NCBI GenBank assembly: GCA_051251855.1
Contig: JBPOGI010000007.1
Coordinates: 128,001 to 192,000, forward strand
Direction: 5' to 3'
Source of the DNA: Roseibacillus sp.
GTDB taxonomy: Bacteria; Verrucomicrobiota; Verrucomicrobiia; Verrucomicrobiales; Akkermansiaceae
Length of the DNA stretch: 64,000 nucleotides
Shown here: positions 1 through 10,590 of the stretch, piece by piece
Layout of the letters: every line of letters starts with the position of its first letter
Numbering within the stretch: position 1 is the first letter of the stretch
Translations under genes and position numbers: made by a program
The notes under the pieces: generated by a model
The model's input: only the letters and a program-made list of their open reading frames with translations
Told to the model about the DNA's origin: nothing
Databases searched by the model: none

Positions 1-9
1 CACACATTG

Positions 10-540
10 CTAGGGAAAAGAGGAGCCTCCCGCTCCTCCCATAATCATCAATACGACAAAGAAAATGCACATACCCCCAAATAACCCCAAGACGATATAA
101 CCAATAATCAGTCCCGCCAGCGCCATACTATCACCCGTCTGCATATGCGCTCCATCCCGAATTTGCTTACGAGCGATATGCCCGAAAATGACGGCCGGAA
201 CCGCAAGAATAAAGCCTACCAAACAACCTAAGGTCAGCACCACCGAGCTAATCGCCAAAATCATACTCGTCAGTGCCATTCCATTTTGGACCGGCATCAT
301 CCCCGTCCCTGGATAGCCCTGCGGAGGCTGGGGCATTCCAATACTCGTAGGAGAATGATTCGCGGGTAAAACTTGGTTCTCTTGAACCAATTCAGCAACG
401 GTATAGAGAGGCTGCCAGTCCCCCATCCCTTCCCGCCAAACCAAAGTAGATGATGACAATTCCCCATTACGAAGCCTTTGCAGAACCCGCTCAGTCTCTT
501 CCGGTCCCTGCTGCGTTCCATTCAGTTCGAAATACCACAT
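10..540 (-). CDS. GYF-like (DUF4339) + DUF4190 membrane protein
   Basis: MWYFELNGTQQGP...LVWREGMGDWQPL is a GYF_2-type N-terminus; C-terminal NGMALTSMILAI...AVIFGHIARKQIR...ALAGLIIGY is DUF4190-like. Start moved to ATG at 540. Confidence 0.8.
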   Translation of the reverse strand: MWYFELNGTQQGPEETERVLQRLRNGELSSSTLVWREGMGDWQPLYTVAELVQENQVLPANHSPTSIGMPQPPQGYPGTGMMPVQNGMALTSMILAISSVVLTLGCLVGFILAVPAVIFGHIARKQIRDGAHMQTGDSMALAGLIIGYIVLGLFGGMCIFFVVLMIMGGAGGSSFP

Positions 541-656
541 CCTGCTTTTAATCCTCCCACAAACCCTTGATTCACCACAACCAAAGAGTCTGACGACAAC
601 GGGGAATGCTCCTTGCAAAAGCTCACACGTTGCACAATATTGCAGAACTAATCACT

Positions 657-3518
657 ATGCCGTCCTCCTTTATAAAATTCGCCCTGAAGAGCTCTCTCCT
701 CATGGCTCTCTCCTTGGCAGCACCTGGCACGGAACCCAATCTCACCATCGGGTTCGAGTCCGTTCTTTCCTGGCCTACCACTAGCGGACGTAGTTATCAG
801 CTCCAAGGATCCTCGAACTCTGGAGTCTCTTGGACCAACCTCGGTGCAGAACTCGAGGGCGACGATTCTAACCAAATCTACCTCACCTCCCCAGAAGAAG
901 AATGGACCGGATACCAGGTCCTTGAAACCATCCCCGGCACTCCTGCTCAACCTGCCAGCCCAGTCAACGGGAGCTTCGAAGACGGGAGCGGCACTATCGC
1001 GGACCATTGGAGCACCGGAGCTAACCAACCACCTCAGCGCTCTAACGCCGAAGCTCACACTGGCTCCTACTCCATGCACTCCTCGCTTTCCGTCGCAGAC
1101 GAAGGTCTCATAAGCCAACTCGTAGTGGCTGCAGGTGGCTCAGTTACCGGGGGATCCGGTCATGACTTTTCCTTTTGGGCCAAACAAATCTCCTCCGGTC
1201 CCTCCTACGTGCAACAATACGAAGTCGAGTGGCTCAATTCCTCTAACAATACCGTTGGAAGCTCAGGCTTACGAAGCTTCTCCGGCACCATCGGCAGCTG
1301 GATCGAAATCTCTGAGCCCAACCTCATCGCTCCTACTAGCGCGGTCGAAGCACGCATTCGTTTTCGCTTCGTTACCGGAGCTGTCACCGACGCCGATGGC
1401 GAAATTTTCATCGACGACATCACACTCGGAGAAGGCACCGAAGCAATCCCCGACACCATCAACACTCTTGTGGTGTCTAGCGAACCCGTCTCCATGCTGA
1501 GCTGGGACTCTCAGGCTAACGTCCCTTACCAACCCGTCGCCTCTACCGACCTCAGCAACTGGAGTAATATCGAATCCGAAATCATCGGCGATGGCGGGCC
1601 AAAGAGCTTCTTCGTTCCACTCACCAAGCCTGCCGAATTCTACCGCCTCCACTATCCCGAAGTCGTAGATCCCCTCGAAGGGACCGGCATCGTTTCCCTC
1701 TTCAATGCCAGCACTCCCCTCGAACCTGCCACTACTGTCGACACCCCCACCGCCCTCGTCACCTACATCGGCGACCGTGCTCGCGATCGGCATGCTCGGG
1801 AAGGAAACTTCATGGCCTACGATCATTACCTCTCTTGGTATTGGGAAGAGAGGTCCATGAACATCGAGATTGTGGACGAAGTGGCAAAAGGCGGCACCAC
1901 GGTCACCTTCAACTACACAACCCAAGCACCTCTCGGAGCGGCCGAATTTCGCGCCTTTTTCCGAGGGATTGGCACCGTTGCCGAATACCACCAAAACATG
2001 ATTGCGACCCTCGTGGGTCCAAATCAATACCGTGCGGTTCTCAACCAACAACAACCCGAGCTCCGCCCTATCCAAATCGGTGATCGGATCGAAATCGAAA
2101 TCAGCCAATTTCTCGCTGGCGCTCAAAACGGGCGTAACAACTACTACGGCACCACCATGCTCTACATCGTGGGACAAGGCATTGTTCCTTGGGAAGGAAT
2201 CACCGTCCCCGGGGGGCCGCCTCTCGACTCCTACCCTCTCCCGGAGAACGCATGGCTCGGAGGCCTCACCACCCTGCCCTATCAATACTCCAACGAGCCC
2301 GACAACCGCTTCAAGCAGATGGCGGGCAACTTGGCACCCATTAATACCCAACCCTTTCTATTAGGCCGCCGCCTTCATCACACTAGCTTCGACACCGGCT
2401 CTCACTCCGAACCAGGAAACCCCATTTTCACCGAACACGTGGCCAAACTCGGCAACCAATTCATCAACCGCAGTTGTATTTCTTGCCACACCAATAATGG
2501 TCGCGCTCTCCCACCTGCCATCGGTTCCTCCATGCTACAATCTGTGGTCAAAGTAGGCGACGATGCTAACGGTGCCACACACCCAATCCTCGGCGCGGTC
2601 CTGCAACCACAAAGTAACACCGGAAGCCCCGAAGGCGACGCAACGATCTCCGGTTACACCGTGACTAACGGTCAATATGGAGACGGCACCGCCTACTCCC
2701 TTCGCAAACCTAACTACACCTTCACCGGAACAACTCCGAGCCACTTCTCAGTTCGAGTCGCACCCCAACTCGTTGGACTCGGACTCCTCGAAGCGATCAG
2801 CGAAAGCACCATCCTCTCCCTTGCAGATCCCACCGACGAAAACGGCGACGGGATCAGCGGACGTGTTCAAACCGTCCTCGACACAACTACAGGCGAAACC
2901 CGCCTTGGCCGCTTCACCTCCCGAGCAAGCCAACCACGCCTCGTCGACCAAATTGCGGCAGCACTCAATACCGACATGGGAGTCACCACCTCCTTGGCTC
3001 CCATTCTAGATGGCCAGACCAGCAGCGGGTCACCCGAACTCTCCGACGCTGACCTCGATCTCATGAATCGCTACGTCGCCCTCCTCGGTGTCGGCGCTCG
3101 CCGCGACCTTGATGATGCGCAAGCTCTCGCCGGCGAACAAATCTTTGGAACCGCAGGATGCGCCTCCTGCCACACTCCCACCCACACCACGAGCGCCTTC
3201 CACCCCATGACGGAACTGCGCAATCAGACCATCCACCCCTACACCGACCTCCTCATTCACGATATGGGACCAGGCCTCGCTGATAACATGGGCGAAGAAA
3301 ATGCTTCTGGCTCAGAATGGCGAACCCCTCCCCTCTGGAACATCGGTCTCACAGCAGGAGTCAGTGGCGGCGAAGCCTATCTCCATGACGGGCGCGCCCG
3401 CACCCTCGAAGAAGCCATCCTCTGGCATGGCGGCGAAGCAGAAACCTCCAAGGAAAACTTCCGCACCCTCCCCGCAGCGGACCGCGCCGCTCTCATCAAG
3501 TTCCTCCAGTCCCTTTAA
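657..3518 (+). CDS. Secreted di-haem oxidoreductase family protein (DUF1111) with an N-terminal CBM-like module
   Basis: Signal peptide; NGSFE... CBM4/9-like jelly roll; two CxxCH motifs (CISCH, CASCH); APQLVGLGLLEAI, WRTPPLW and YLHDGRARTLEEAILWHGGE motifs. Start at ATG 657 preferred. Confidence 0.8.
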   Translation: MPSSFIKFALKSSLLMALSLAAPGTEPNLTIGFESVLSWPTTSGRSYQLQGSSNSGVSWTNLGAELEGDDSNQIYLTSPEEEWTGYQVLETIPGTPAQPASPVNGSFEDGSGTIADHWSTGANQPPQRSNAEAHTGSYSMHSSLSVADEGLISQLVVAAGGSVTGGSGHDFSFWAKQISSGPSYVQQYEVEWLNSSNNTVGSSGLRSFSGTIGSWIEISEPNLIAPTSAVEARIRFRFVTGAVTDADGEIFIDDITLGEGTEAIPDTINTLVVSSEPVSMLSWDSQANVPYQPVASTDLSNWSNIESEIIGDGGPKSFFVPLTKPAEFYRLHYPEVVDPLEGTGIVSLFNASTPLEPATTVDTPTALVTYIGDRARDRHAREGNFMAYDHYLSWYWEERSMNIEIVDEVAKGGTTVTFNYTTQAPLGAAEFRAFFRGIGTVAEYHQNMIATLVGPNQYRAVLNQQQPELRPIQIGDRIEIEISQFLAGAQNGRNNYYGTTMLYIVGQGIVPWEGITVPGGPPLDSYPLPENAWLGGLTTLPYQYSNEPDNRFKQMAGNLAPINTQPFLLGRRLHHTSFDTGSHSEPGNPIFTEHVAKLGNQFINRSCISCHTNNGRALPPAIGSSMLQSVVKVGDDANGATHPILGAVLQPQSNTGSPEGDATISGYTVTNGQYGDGTAYSLRKPNYTFTGTTPSHFSVRVAPQLVGLGLLEAISESTILSLADPTDENGDGISGRVQTVLDTTTGETRLGRFTSRASQPRLVDQIAAALNTDMGVTTSLAPILDGQTSSGSPELSDADLDLMNRYVALLGVGARRDLDDAQALAGEQIFGTAGCASCHTPTHTTSAFHPMTELRNQTIHPYTDLLIHDMGPGLADNMGEENASGSEWRTPPLWNIGLTAGVSGGEAYLHDGRARTLEEAILWHGGEAETSKENFRTLPAADRAALIKFLQSL

Positions 3519-3637
3519 AACAGGGAGCCCCAGGCTTCAGCCTGAGAATCAACACCTAGAAACGCTTTAGCACGTCCCCCATCAATCACCGGCTAAACAG
3601 CGCGGTCGTTTTTCACTCTGCGTCTTGTTCGCCTATT

Positions 3638-4441
3638 CTAATTCGGACCGACATGCCTAGGGAGTTCATCGCCCCCATTTTTTGGTATCTCTACTTCAGC
3701 AATCATCAAAAGGTCCTCAAGAAAGCTCGCGAGCACCCCGACATCGAGATCGGGTAAATCATAATTTTTGAATTCGTCTGGAAGACGATATTCGGAAGGG
3801 TTCTTCCGAACCTCTTTCTCAAAATCCTCCCGCACAAGCTTCTCAACATATTCAAACGATTCAGGATTTTGAACATCCACCATAGTGTAACCTTCATCGT
3901 TCACAACTTCCAAGACCCAAGTCGTGCCGTCTAGTCCCTCGTAAAGCGGCAGAAGCCGATGATCCAATTTCTTGAACGGATCACGGACTACATGCCATTC
4001 AGCAAGCTTTTCGAAGCCCTTCGCGGCTTTTTTACTCATCGCAATATGACCCGAAAGCTCTACCTCACCTGGCCCGTCGGTAATAACACATCTTCCACTG
4101 AGCCTCGCTACCGAGATTGTTGCTCCAGTCTCACTGCGTCTATATGTCAGGAACAAGGGCTTCGAAAACGAAGGAAATACAGCAGCCCTGAAGGTCACTT
4201 CACCTTTCGCTACTTGAGTTGATTGAAAGGACGGCAAATTTGCCGCTCTATAGTATGGGCCGTAGTATTTCTCTCGCCCTTTCGGAAAATAAGGCCTCCC
4301 CTTTGGGTCAGTAACACTTTCAGCCAATAAGTCCTCATCTCCCTTTTTGGTAGGATTTTCCGCAGAGGGTTTAACACGCTGCGGTTCTCCAGAGACAACT
4401 TGCACAACCACCAAAATCGCAAAAAAGGTGAGGAATTTCAT
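3638..4441 (-). CDS. Secreted hypothetical protein
   Basis: 267-aa ORF with N-terminal signal peptide filling the gap after rbfA; no family recognised. Confidence 0.65.
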   Translation of the reverse strand: MKFLTFFAILVVVQVVSGEPQRVKPSAENPTKKGDEDLLAESVTDPKGRPYFPKGREKYYGPYYRAANLPSFQSTQVAKGEVTFRAAVFPSFSKPLFLTYRRSETGATISVARLSGRCVITDGPGEVELSGHIAMSKKAAKGFEKLAEWHVVRDPFKKLDHRLLPLYEGLDGTTWVLEVVNDEGYTMVDVQNPESFEYVEKLVREDFEKEVRKNPSEYRLPDEFKNYDLPDLDVGVLASFLEDLLMIAEVEIPKNGGDELPRHVGPN

Positions 4442-4517
4442 GATATTCTGGCGAACGAGCCGCTAACTTCCTAACAGCCAAATATCGACGACTCAAGTCG
4501 TCACTCCAGCTAGTCAC

Positions 4518-4880
4518 CTATCCTTCTTCCGTCGATTCACCTGCGGTCGGAATTCTATCGACTTCCTCGAGCAAGTTCACGATATCCACTCCCCGCTCCG
4601 CCGAGACATCATGCCGGAAACTCAAAACAGGTGTGCAACGCAATCTCACACGGTTCGAAACTCTCTTCTGAATCATACCGTGCTTACGCCCCAAAAGCTC
4701 AAGCACAGGCTCAGATTCGCCGCCTAGAATGCCGACCCAGACTTTCGCTTCGCGCAAATCCTTGGTAACTTCAACCGCATTGACCGAAACCAACTGTCCC
4801 TTCCATTCAAAATCCTTCTGAATGATTGCTGATATCTCCCGCTTAAGGAGTTCATCGACACGTTGGAGACGCTGGGACAT
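4518..4880 (-). CDS. rbfA: Ribosome-binding factor A
   Basis: RLQRVDELLKREIS...VEVTKDLREAKV...LRCTPVLSF; lies directly after infB. Confidence 0.95.
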   Translation of the reverse strand: MSQRLQRVDELLKREISAIIQKDFEWKGQLVSVNAVEVTKDLREAKVWVGILGGESEPVLELLGRKHGMIQKRVSNRVRLRCTPVLSFRHDVSAERGVDIVNLLEEVDRIPTAGESTEEG

Positions 4881-4921
4881 AAAAGTAAGTTAAACTCGAA
4901 TCAGAAAAGACGCAACCGAAC

Positions 4922-7060
4922 CTATAGTTCGACCGGAATACTCTCTAGGGTGTAACACTGGATAATATCGCCTTCTTCGTAGTCGTTGAAGTTGCCCAAA
5001 CGAATACCACACTCGATACCCTGCTTGACCTCGCTCACCTCATCTTGGAAGCGACGCAAAGTCGACATCTTGCCATCGAAGACAGGAGTTCTGCCACGAA
5101 GGACACGTGCATGCGCATTGCGGGACACCTTGCCCTTTGCTATGACACAACCAGCGGCTTTGCCTTTCTTCACCTTGAAGACCTGCTTCACCTCGGCATG
5201 ACCAAGAATGTTTTCCCGCTTCTCTGGAACCAACAATCCAAGCATCGCATCGCGCACCTGATCGAGGAGTTCGTAAATCACAGAGAAGAGCTTAATTTGC
5301 ACTCCCTCAGACTTGGCTGCTTTCACAGCCTTTCCCTCCACCTTAGTATTGAAACCAAGAACCACCGCATCGGAAGAACTGGCGAGAAGAATATCGGATT
5401 CACTGATGGCTCCGGTAGCGGCATGAAGAAACTTCACGTCCACCTTTTCGGATTCAATGTCGCCGACTGCTTGCTGGATCGCTTGTACCGAACCCTGCAC
5501 ATCAGCGCGTAGAATGAGATTGAGCGTAGTCTTCTGACCCGTCTCAACGAAAGAAAGCATGTCTTCCATGCGGCTCTTCTTAGGACGAACGAGGCGAGCC
5601 TCGCGGCGCTCATGTTGACGCTCTTCGCCCAACTTCTTAGCTGCGCGTTCGGTCTCCATGATGACGAGTTCATCACCTACATGAGGTGAGTCGGAGAAAC
5701 CAAGAACCTCGATCGGGTAACCCGGAGGTACTTCCTTAACCTGTTCGCCACGGTCATTGATGAGACCTTTGATTTTTCCTGAGAAAGGACCGCAAATGAA
5801 CGGCTTGCCGACTTTGAGTGTTCCATTCTCGACAATGACGCTAGCTGTCGCCCCCTTACCCGCTTGGATACGAGACTCGATGACAATCGCGCGGCCATTT
5901 GCCTTCGGATTGGCCTTCAGCTCCAAGACCTCCGCCTGCAAGGCCATGAGTTCAAGCAATTCATCCATGCCATCACCAGTAACAGCGGATACCTCAAGAC
6001 ACTCAATATCACCACCAAAGTCAGTCGGGGTGAGTTCGTGCTCCATCAGTTGCGTCTTCACCCGAGTCGGGTCTGCAGCGGGAAGGTCGCACTTATTGAT
6101 CGCGACGATGATCGTCTTATTAGCAGCCTTGGCGTGGCTAATCGCCTCCTTGGTCTGAGGCATGATGCCGTCATCAGCCGCAATCACGAGAACGATAATG
6201 TCGGTGACATCTGCTCCCCGCGCTCGCATCGCCGAGAAGACAGCGTGGCCAGGGGTATCGATGAAGGTTACCGGACGGTCACCGTGGTCCACTTGGTAAG
6301 CGCCCACATGCTGAGTGATTCCACCCGCTTCGCCGGAAGTTACTTTCGACTTACGAAGATAATCTAAGAGAGAAGTCTTACCATGATCGACATGACCCAT
6401 GAAGGTGATAATGGGAGCACGAAGAACCATCTTGTCCTCCGGCTCTTCAATCTCAGGCTCGGGCTCCTCAATAACTTCCTCAACCTTATGAACTCCCCCG
6501 CCTTTTTCGCGCTTCTCGCGCTCGAAGACAAAGCCATGAACCTCACAAACTTTTTCCGCAATCTCAGGCTCAATCGCCTGCTTGGGACTCACAAAAATTT
6601 CCAGAGCAATGAGATCTTTCATGATCTCAAAGCCTTTCAGACCCATACGCGCAGCGAGGTCTTCCACAATAATGGGCGGCTTAAGGCTAATAGTCTTGCC
6701 GTCATCACCTTCTTCACTGGCAGTGTCGTCGCCTTCGCCATCAGCTGGAGGTGCTACTGAACTAGCCTCATCGAGAGAGACCAACTCACCATCTTCTTCC
6801 TTGATTTTAGAAATGGGGGCCAAGACATCCTTTCCTGATCTCTTGGTCTTTTTAATGGCAGACTTGGGAGCCGCATCGTCTTCAATTCCCAGATCGAGAG
6901 CCGCTTTCTTTTGTTTCGCGACCGTTGGTTCAGAGGCCTCGACAGCCGCCTGCTTGTCACGCTGCTTCTCGCGGCGTGACTTCTTAGGTGCTTGATCCTC
7001 GTCTAAGAGGCTCAGCACTTTTTTCTTCTTCTCGTCCTTCGATTTTCCGTCTTCTGCCAT
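4922..7060 (-). CDS. infB: Translation initiation factor IF-2
   Basis: [31 protein letters not shown]-domain motifs; C-terminal ECGI. Confidence 0.98.
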   Translation of the reverse strand: MAEDGKSKDEKKKKVLSLLDEDQAPKKSRREKQRDKQAAVEASEPTVAKQKKAALDLGIEDDAAPKSAIKKTKRSGKDVLAPISKIKEEDGELVSLDEASSVAPPADGEGDDTASEEGDDGKTISLKPPIIVEDLAARMGLKGFEIMKDLIALEIFVSPKQAIEPEIAEKVCEVHGFVFEREKREKGGGVHKVEEVIEEPEPEIEEPEDKMVLRAPIITFMGHVDHGKTSLLDYLRKSKVTSGEAGGITQHVGAYQVDHGDRPVTFIDTPGHAVFSAMRARGADVTDIIVLVIAADDGIMPQTKEAISHAKAANKTIIVAINKCDLPAADPTRVKTQLMEHELTPTDFGGDIECLEVSAVTGDGMDELLELMALQAEVLELKANPKANGRAIVIESRIQAGKGATASVIVENGTLKVGKPFICGPFSGKIKGLINDRGEQVKEVPPGYPIEVLGFSDSPHVGDELVIMETERAAKKLGEERQHERREARLVRPKKSRMEDMLSFVETGQKTTLNLILRADVQGSVQAIQQAVGDIESEKVDVKFLHAATGAISESDILLASSSDAVVLGFNTKVEGKAVKAAKSEGVQIKLFSVIYELLDQVRDAMLGLLVPEKRENILGHAEVKQVFKVKKGKAAGCVIAKGKVSRNAHARVLRGRTPVFDGKMSTLRRFQDEVSEVKQGIECGIRLGNFNDYEEGDIIQCYTLESIPVEL

Positions 7061-7103
7061 GCAATCGTTCCTTCGTTTTCACCGGTCGTCCCCAGATTTA
7101 TGT

Positions 7104-8495
7104 TTACTGTGATTCTTCTGCGGCCTCTTCGGGCGCAGCTTCTTCACTCGCATCTGAGGGAGCATCTTCTGCGGGGGATTCTTCCTCCACGTCAGCTCCG
7201 GTTACGGCGGCGGGCGCATCATCAGACGCGGCTCCTCCCCCGATTTTTTCCTGGGCTTTGCCCAAAATTTCTTCTGCTAAAGCGCGATCGCCTTCGAGCG
7301 CTACTTCGAGATACTCAATCGGCATCTGGGTGACCAAATCAGCGGTCGCTCCCCCTGCGCGGAACAATTTATCCGCAATCAAGGGCTCGATTCCGAGCTC
7401 GTCAGCCAAAGTCATCGCCGCGCCTGCAACACGTGCTTCGAACTGCTCGTGCTGAGTCTCGTCCTTGCGCACCTGCACATCCCAACCCACCAACTTGGAG
7501 GTAAGACGCGCGTTTTGACCACGACGGCCAATCGCTTTGCTTAAATCTTCTTCATCCACGGTGACGTGGATCACTTTGTCTTCCTCATTTGCCTTGAAAG
7601 TCCGAATGATCGCTGGCTTCAAAGCATCAGTGACAAAGTCCTGCAAATCTTCGCTCCAGCGGATGATATCCACCTTCTCATTGTTAAGCTCGCGAACGAT
7701 GTTCTTAACACGCGCACCACGAAGACCAACACAAGCACCTACCGGATCGACTTTGTCGTCATTGGTGCCTACCGCGACCTTAGTGCGATAGCCCGCTTCT
7801 CGCGCAATCGCTTTCAGCTCTACCGTGCGGTCAGAAATTTCAGCAACCTCGGCTTCGAACAAGCGACGCACAAAGGCAGGATGGCTGCGAGAAAGAATAA
7901 TCTCAGGGCCGCGAGCATCATTATCAACCGCAACGACATAGCAGCGAATGCGGTCACCCACGTTGTAATCTTCTGTCGAAACACGCTCACGGGAAGGCAT
8001 GCGAGCCTCGAACTTGCCGAGGTCGATCATAACGTCGTTCTTCTCGAAGCGACGCACTGAACCGCTGACGATATCGCCCGCTCGGTCCTTGAACTCATCA
8101 TACATCATCTCCTTCTCGGCGAGACGAAGACGCTGCATCATAGTCTGCTTAGCAGTCTGCACCGCAATACGACCAAAATTCTTGGGAGTGACATTGAACT
8201 CCATCCGATCACCCACCGCAGCATCAGCCTTTCGCTTTTGCGCTAAAGAAACAGGGACCTCGTTGAACTTATCCTGATGGTCGTCATCAGACACAACCTC
8301 AAGGTCAGCGAAAATTTTAGTTTCACCCTTCTTGGTATCAATTTCGGCCCGTAGAATCTCAATCGCATCGGCGCCAGGCACCATGCGACGATAAGCTGAG
8401 GTAAAAGCGTACTCCAAAGCTTCGACCACTCGCTCGCGAGTGATAGCTTTTTCCCGTTCGTAAAAATCGATGAGGGCAACGATGTCGTTGGTCAT
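7104..8495 (-). CDS. nusA: Transcription termination/antitermination factor NusA
   Basis: FGRIAVQTAKQ, S1 domain, AREAGYRTKVAV, DPVGACVG, AIGRRGQNARL. Confidence 0.98.
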   Translation of the reverse strand: MTNDIVALIDFYEREKAITRERVVEALEYAFTSAYRRMVPGADAIEILRAEIDTKKGETKIFADLEVVSDDDHQDKFNEVPVSLAQKRKADAAVGDRMEFNVTPKNFGRIAVQTAKQTMMQRLRLAEKEMMYDEFKDRAGDIVSGSVRRFEKNDVMIDLGKFEARMPSRERVSTEDYNVGDRIRCYVVAVDNDARGPEIILSRSHPAFVRRLFEAEVAEISDRTVELKAIAREAGYRTKVAVGTNDDKVDPVGACVGLRGARVKNIVRELNNEKVDIIRWSEDLQDFVTDALKPAIIRTFKANEEDKVIHVTVDEEDLSKAIGRRGQNARLTSKLVGWDVQVRKDETQHEQFEARVAGAAMTLADELGIEPLIADKLFRAGGATADLVTQMPIEYLEVALEGDRALAEEILGKAQEKIGGGAASDDAPAAVTGADVEEESPAEDAPSDASEEAAPEEAAEESQ

Positions 8496-8522
8496 AAGGT
8501 CTCGAGGTTAACCTCTTGAGAC

Positions 8523-8550
8523 AGAAAAGAGTGGGCCTTTAAACCCACCC
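8523..8550 (-). promoter_or_regulatory. rimP/nusA-leader-type attenuator hairpin
   Basis: Minus strand GGGTGGG-TTTAAAGG-CCCACTC-TTTTCT, ending about 28 nt upstream of the nusA start; resembles the conserved terminator-like leader of rimP-nusA-infB operons. Confidence 0.65.
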
Positions 8551-8660
8551 TTGGCCATTTCAAGAGATGTCTTCGGGCGAAGTCTTAGGGGCCATTCCCC
8601 TGCAAAGCAAGTGCGAAATCCCTGCTCGCTTCCGCTATTTCCTTCCGACAGGGTCAAATC

Positions 8661-9314
8661 ATGAAGGCAATCTCCCTCGACGCCGCCGGAACTCTCTTCG
8701 ACCTCTCCGAACCGGTGGGAGAAGTCTACACCCGTTTCGCCCACCAGGAAGGGTTCGCACTCTTACCAGCAGAGGTCGAAAAGAGATTCCGAGCCGCCTT
8801 TAAAGCCTCTCCAGCTCCTTCTTACGATGGAGACTCAGACGGTCACACTGCCGAACGCTCGTGGTGGAGAGCCTTAGTACTCCAAGCCACCGAAATCCCT
8901 CCATCAGAGGCGTTCGAACGCCTTTTCCACCAACTCTTCGCCCACTACGAAAAACCCTCCGCTTGGCAACTCTACCCCGACACCCTTCCCTTCCTTGAAA
9001 AGGCTTCTGCAAAATACCGCCTCGCTGTTGTCTCGAACTTTGACGACCGCCTCCATCCCATTCTCGACGGTCTCGGCCTCTCCCCCTTCTTCGAAATCGC
9101 CATCTCGTCCTCCCTAGCCCAGTCTCAAAAACCCGATTCCAGAATTTTCGAAAGATTACTAAAAGAACTGGCCCTTCCCCCTGAAGAAGTCCTCCACATT
9201 GGCGACTCGCTCAAAGCTGACTACGAAGGAGCCCTCCAAGTAGGAATGAAGGCCTTTCACCTGCAGCGTGCGAAGGGCCAGCTGCTTGCCCATGCAGCAC
9301 CAACCCTCTCCTAA
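8661..9314 (+). CDS. HAD-IA family hydrolase (REG-2-like)
   Basis: DAAGTL motif I, VVSNFD, KPDSRIF, HIGDSLKADYEGA. Confidence 0.9.
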   Translation: MKAISLDAAGTLFDLSEPVGEVYTRFAHQEGFALLPAEVEKRFRAAFKASPAPSYDGDSDGHTAERSWWRALVLQATEIPPSEAFERLFHQLFAHYEKPSAWQLYPDTLPFLEKASAKYRLAVVSNFDDRLHPILDGLGLSPFFEIAISSSLAQSQKPDSRIFERLLKELALPPEEVLHIGDSLKADYEGALQVGMKAFHLQRAKGQLLAHAAPTLS

Positions 9315-9335
9315 GTTTGCAAAGAAAAAGGAGAC

Positions 9336-10382
9336 TCAACTCATCATCTTCAAGAGTATAGGGAGCAAGAGCGCGAGCGCGATGGCGATGACCGAGCCCA
9401 GCAAAGCCTTCCCTGCATCCAAGAAAATCAACTTCGACACTTCTTTTCGGTTTCTTTGGCCTAAGCGCAAGGCGAGACCAATCTCCCGGCCAGCCAAAAG
9501 CCCCAAAAAGACCCAAGTTGTGCTCATTGGCAACTTTTCTGGCCACATTTTGAGAACATCAAGTTTGAAAAAGAGAAGCACAACCGCGTAAAGTAAGTCC
9601 ACAAAAGTGGCCGATCGAACATCCATCGTACTGGTCTTGGAGGTGACCACCTTTTGAATCTTCCCGCCTCGCTCGCGGAAAATCCATCCTTGTAACAAGA
9701 CCATCCCACCCAAGGAAAGAGCAAGGCCCCACCAAGTAAGTTCCCGCGGAAGATAACAAAAGATATTGGCGAGGTCCTGCACCAGCCACATCGACCAAAG
9801 GAACCCAGTAGTCCCCCACTGAAAGATGACCCAACCGAAATGCGGGTTATTTCGCTTTTCTTCAGGCTCAGCCGCAAAACGCTTCTCCACAGTCCCAACA
9901 ACAGCGCTAAAAATGAGAAGACCAAGAACAAATGCGATGGCGTAGCCAGAAAGCGACTTCTCCATCATCCCTTGGAAAAGATCGATCGCCCCTTTGGCGT
10001 CCTTCCCCTGTTGCGCCGCCACTAGACCCTTGAAACCGGTAAGAACAAGCAACGACGTGCTGACCGGAATGCCGTAGCGCGTCAGAATGACCAACACCAA
10101 AGGCGGGAGAATAAACAAAAAATGAAACGTGCCTCCATAGTCAGAAGGGAAAGGAATATTCTTTCCTGAAGCAGCAAGACGACCAAAGGCGGGATCTCCG
10201 CCATTTTGCAACCAACCCCAAACCACAGTTACCACTAAAATACTAGAAACCCAAAGCCAGAGAGCCCACCAAGGCCGTTTTGAATTTGAACTAATAAAGG
10301 TGCCCAGAGTCTGAATCGAATCATTGGCAACAATGGCATAAGCAGCGAGGCCGAAGCCTACGATCATGAAAAACTCGCTCAT
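9336..10382 (-). CDS. Multi-pass membrane protein, distant PiT (phosphate transporter)-like
   Basis: Many TM helices; ANDSIQTLGTF, GIPVSTS, QDLANIF and PMSTTW resemble the duplicated PiT signatures. Confidence 0.55.
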   Translation of the reverse strand: MSEFFMIVGFGLAAYAIVANDSIQTLGTFISSNSKRPWWALWLWVSSILVVTVVWGWLQNGGDPAFGRLAASGKNIPFPSDYGGTFHFLFILPPLVLVILTRYGIPVSTSLLVLTGFKGLVAAQQGKDAKGAIDLFQGMMEKSLSGYAIAFVLGLLIFSAVVGTVEKRFAAEPEEKRNNPHFGWVIFQWGTTGFLWSMWLVQDLANIFCYLPRELTWWGLALSLGGMVLLQGWIFRERGGKIQKVVTSKTSTMDVRSATFVDLLYAVVLLFFKLDVLKMWPEKLPMSTTWVFLGLLAGREIGLALRLGQRNRKEVSKLIFLDAGKALLGSVIAIALALLLPILLKMMS

Positions 10383-10590
10383 AAGCTAAGCCAATAAAGG
10401 AACGAGAGACGATCTCATCACACCACCTCGCACAAAATTCTCAAATCCACACATGAAGGCTCAAAGTCATAGGTTCTGCCCAACAGAATTCATTGATAGA
10501 GATGATATTCCAGACATTTTTCAGATGATTTTCTCAGGACTCTAAAGAGGCGAAGTCCGAGTGCATTCCGAGCCGAAAACGGAGCTCAAC

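Noticed and set aside
3524..3545. Short palindrome CAGGCTTCAGCCTG (also TCGACTTTCGTCGA near 27617) as REP-like repeats
   Set aside because: Single dissimilar copies; cannot establish a repeat family from this window.
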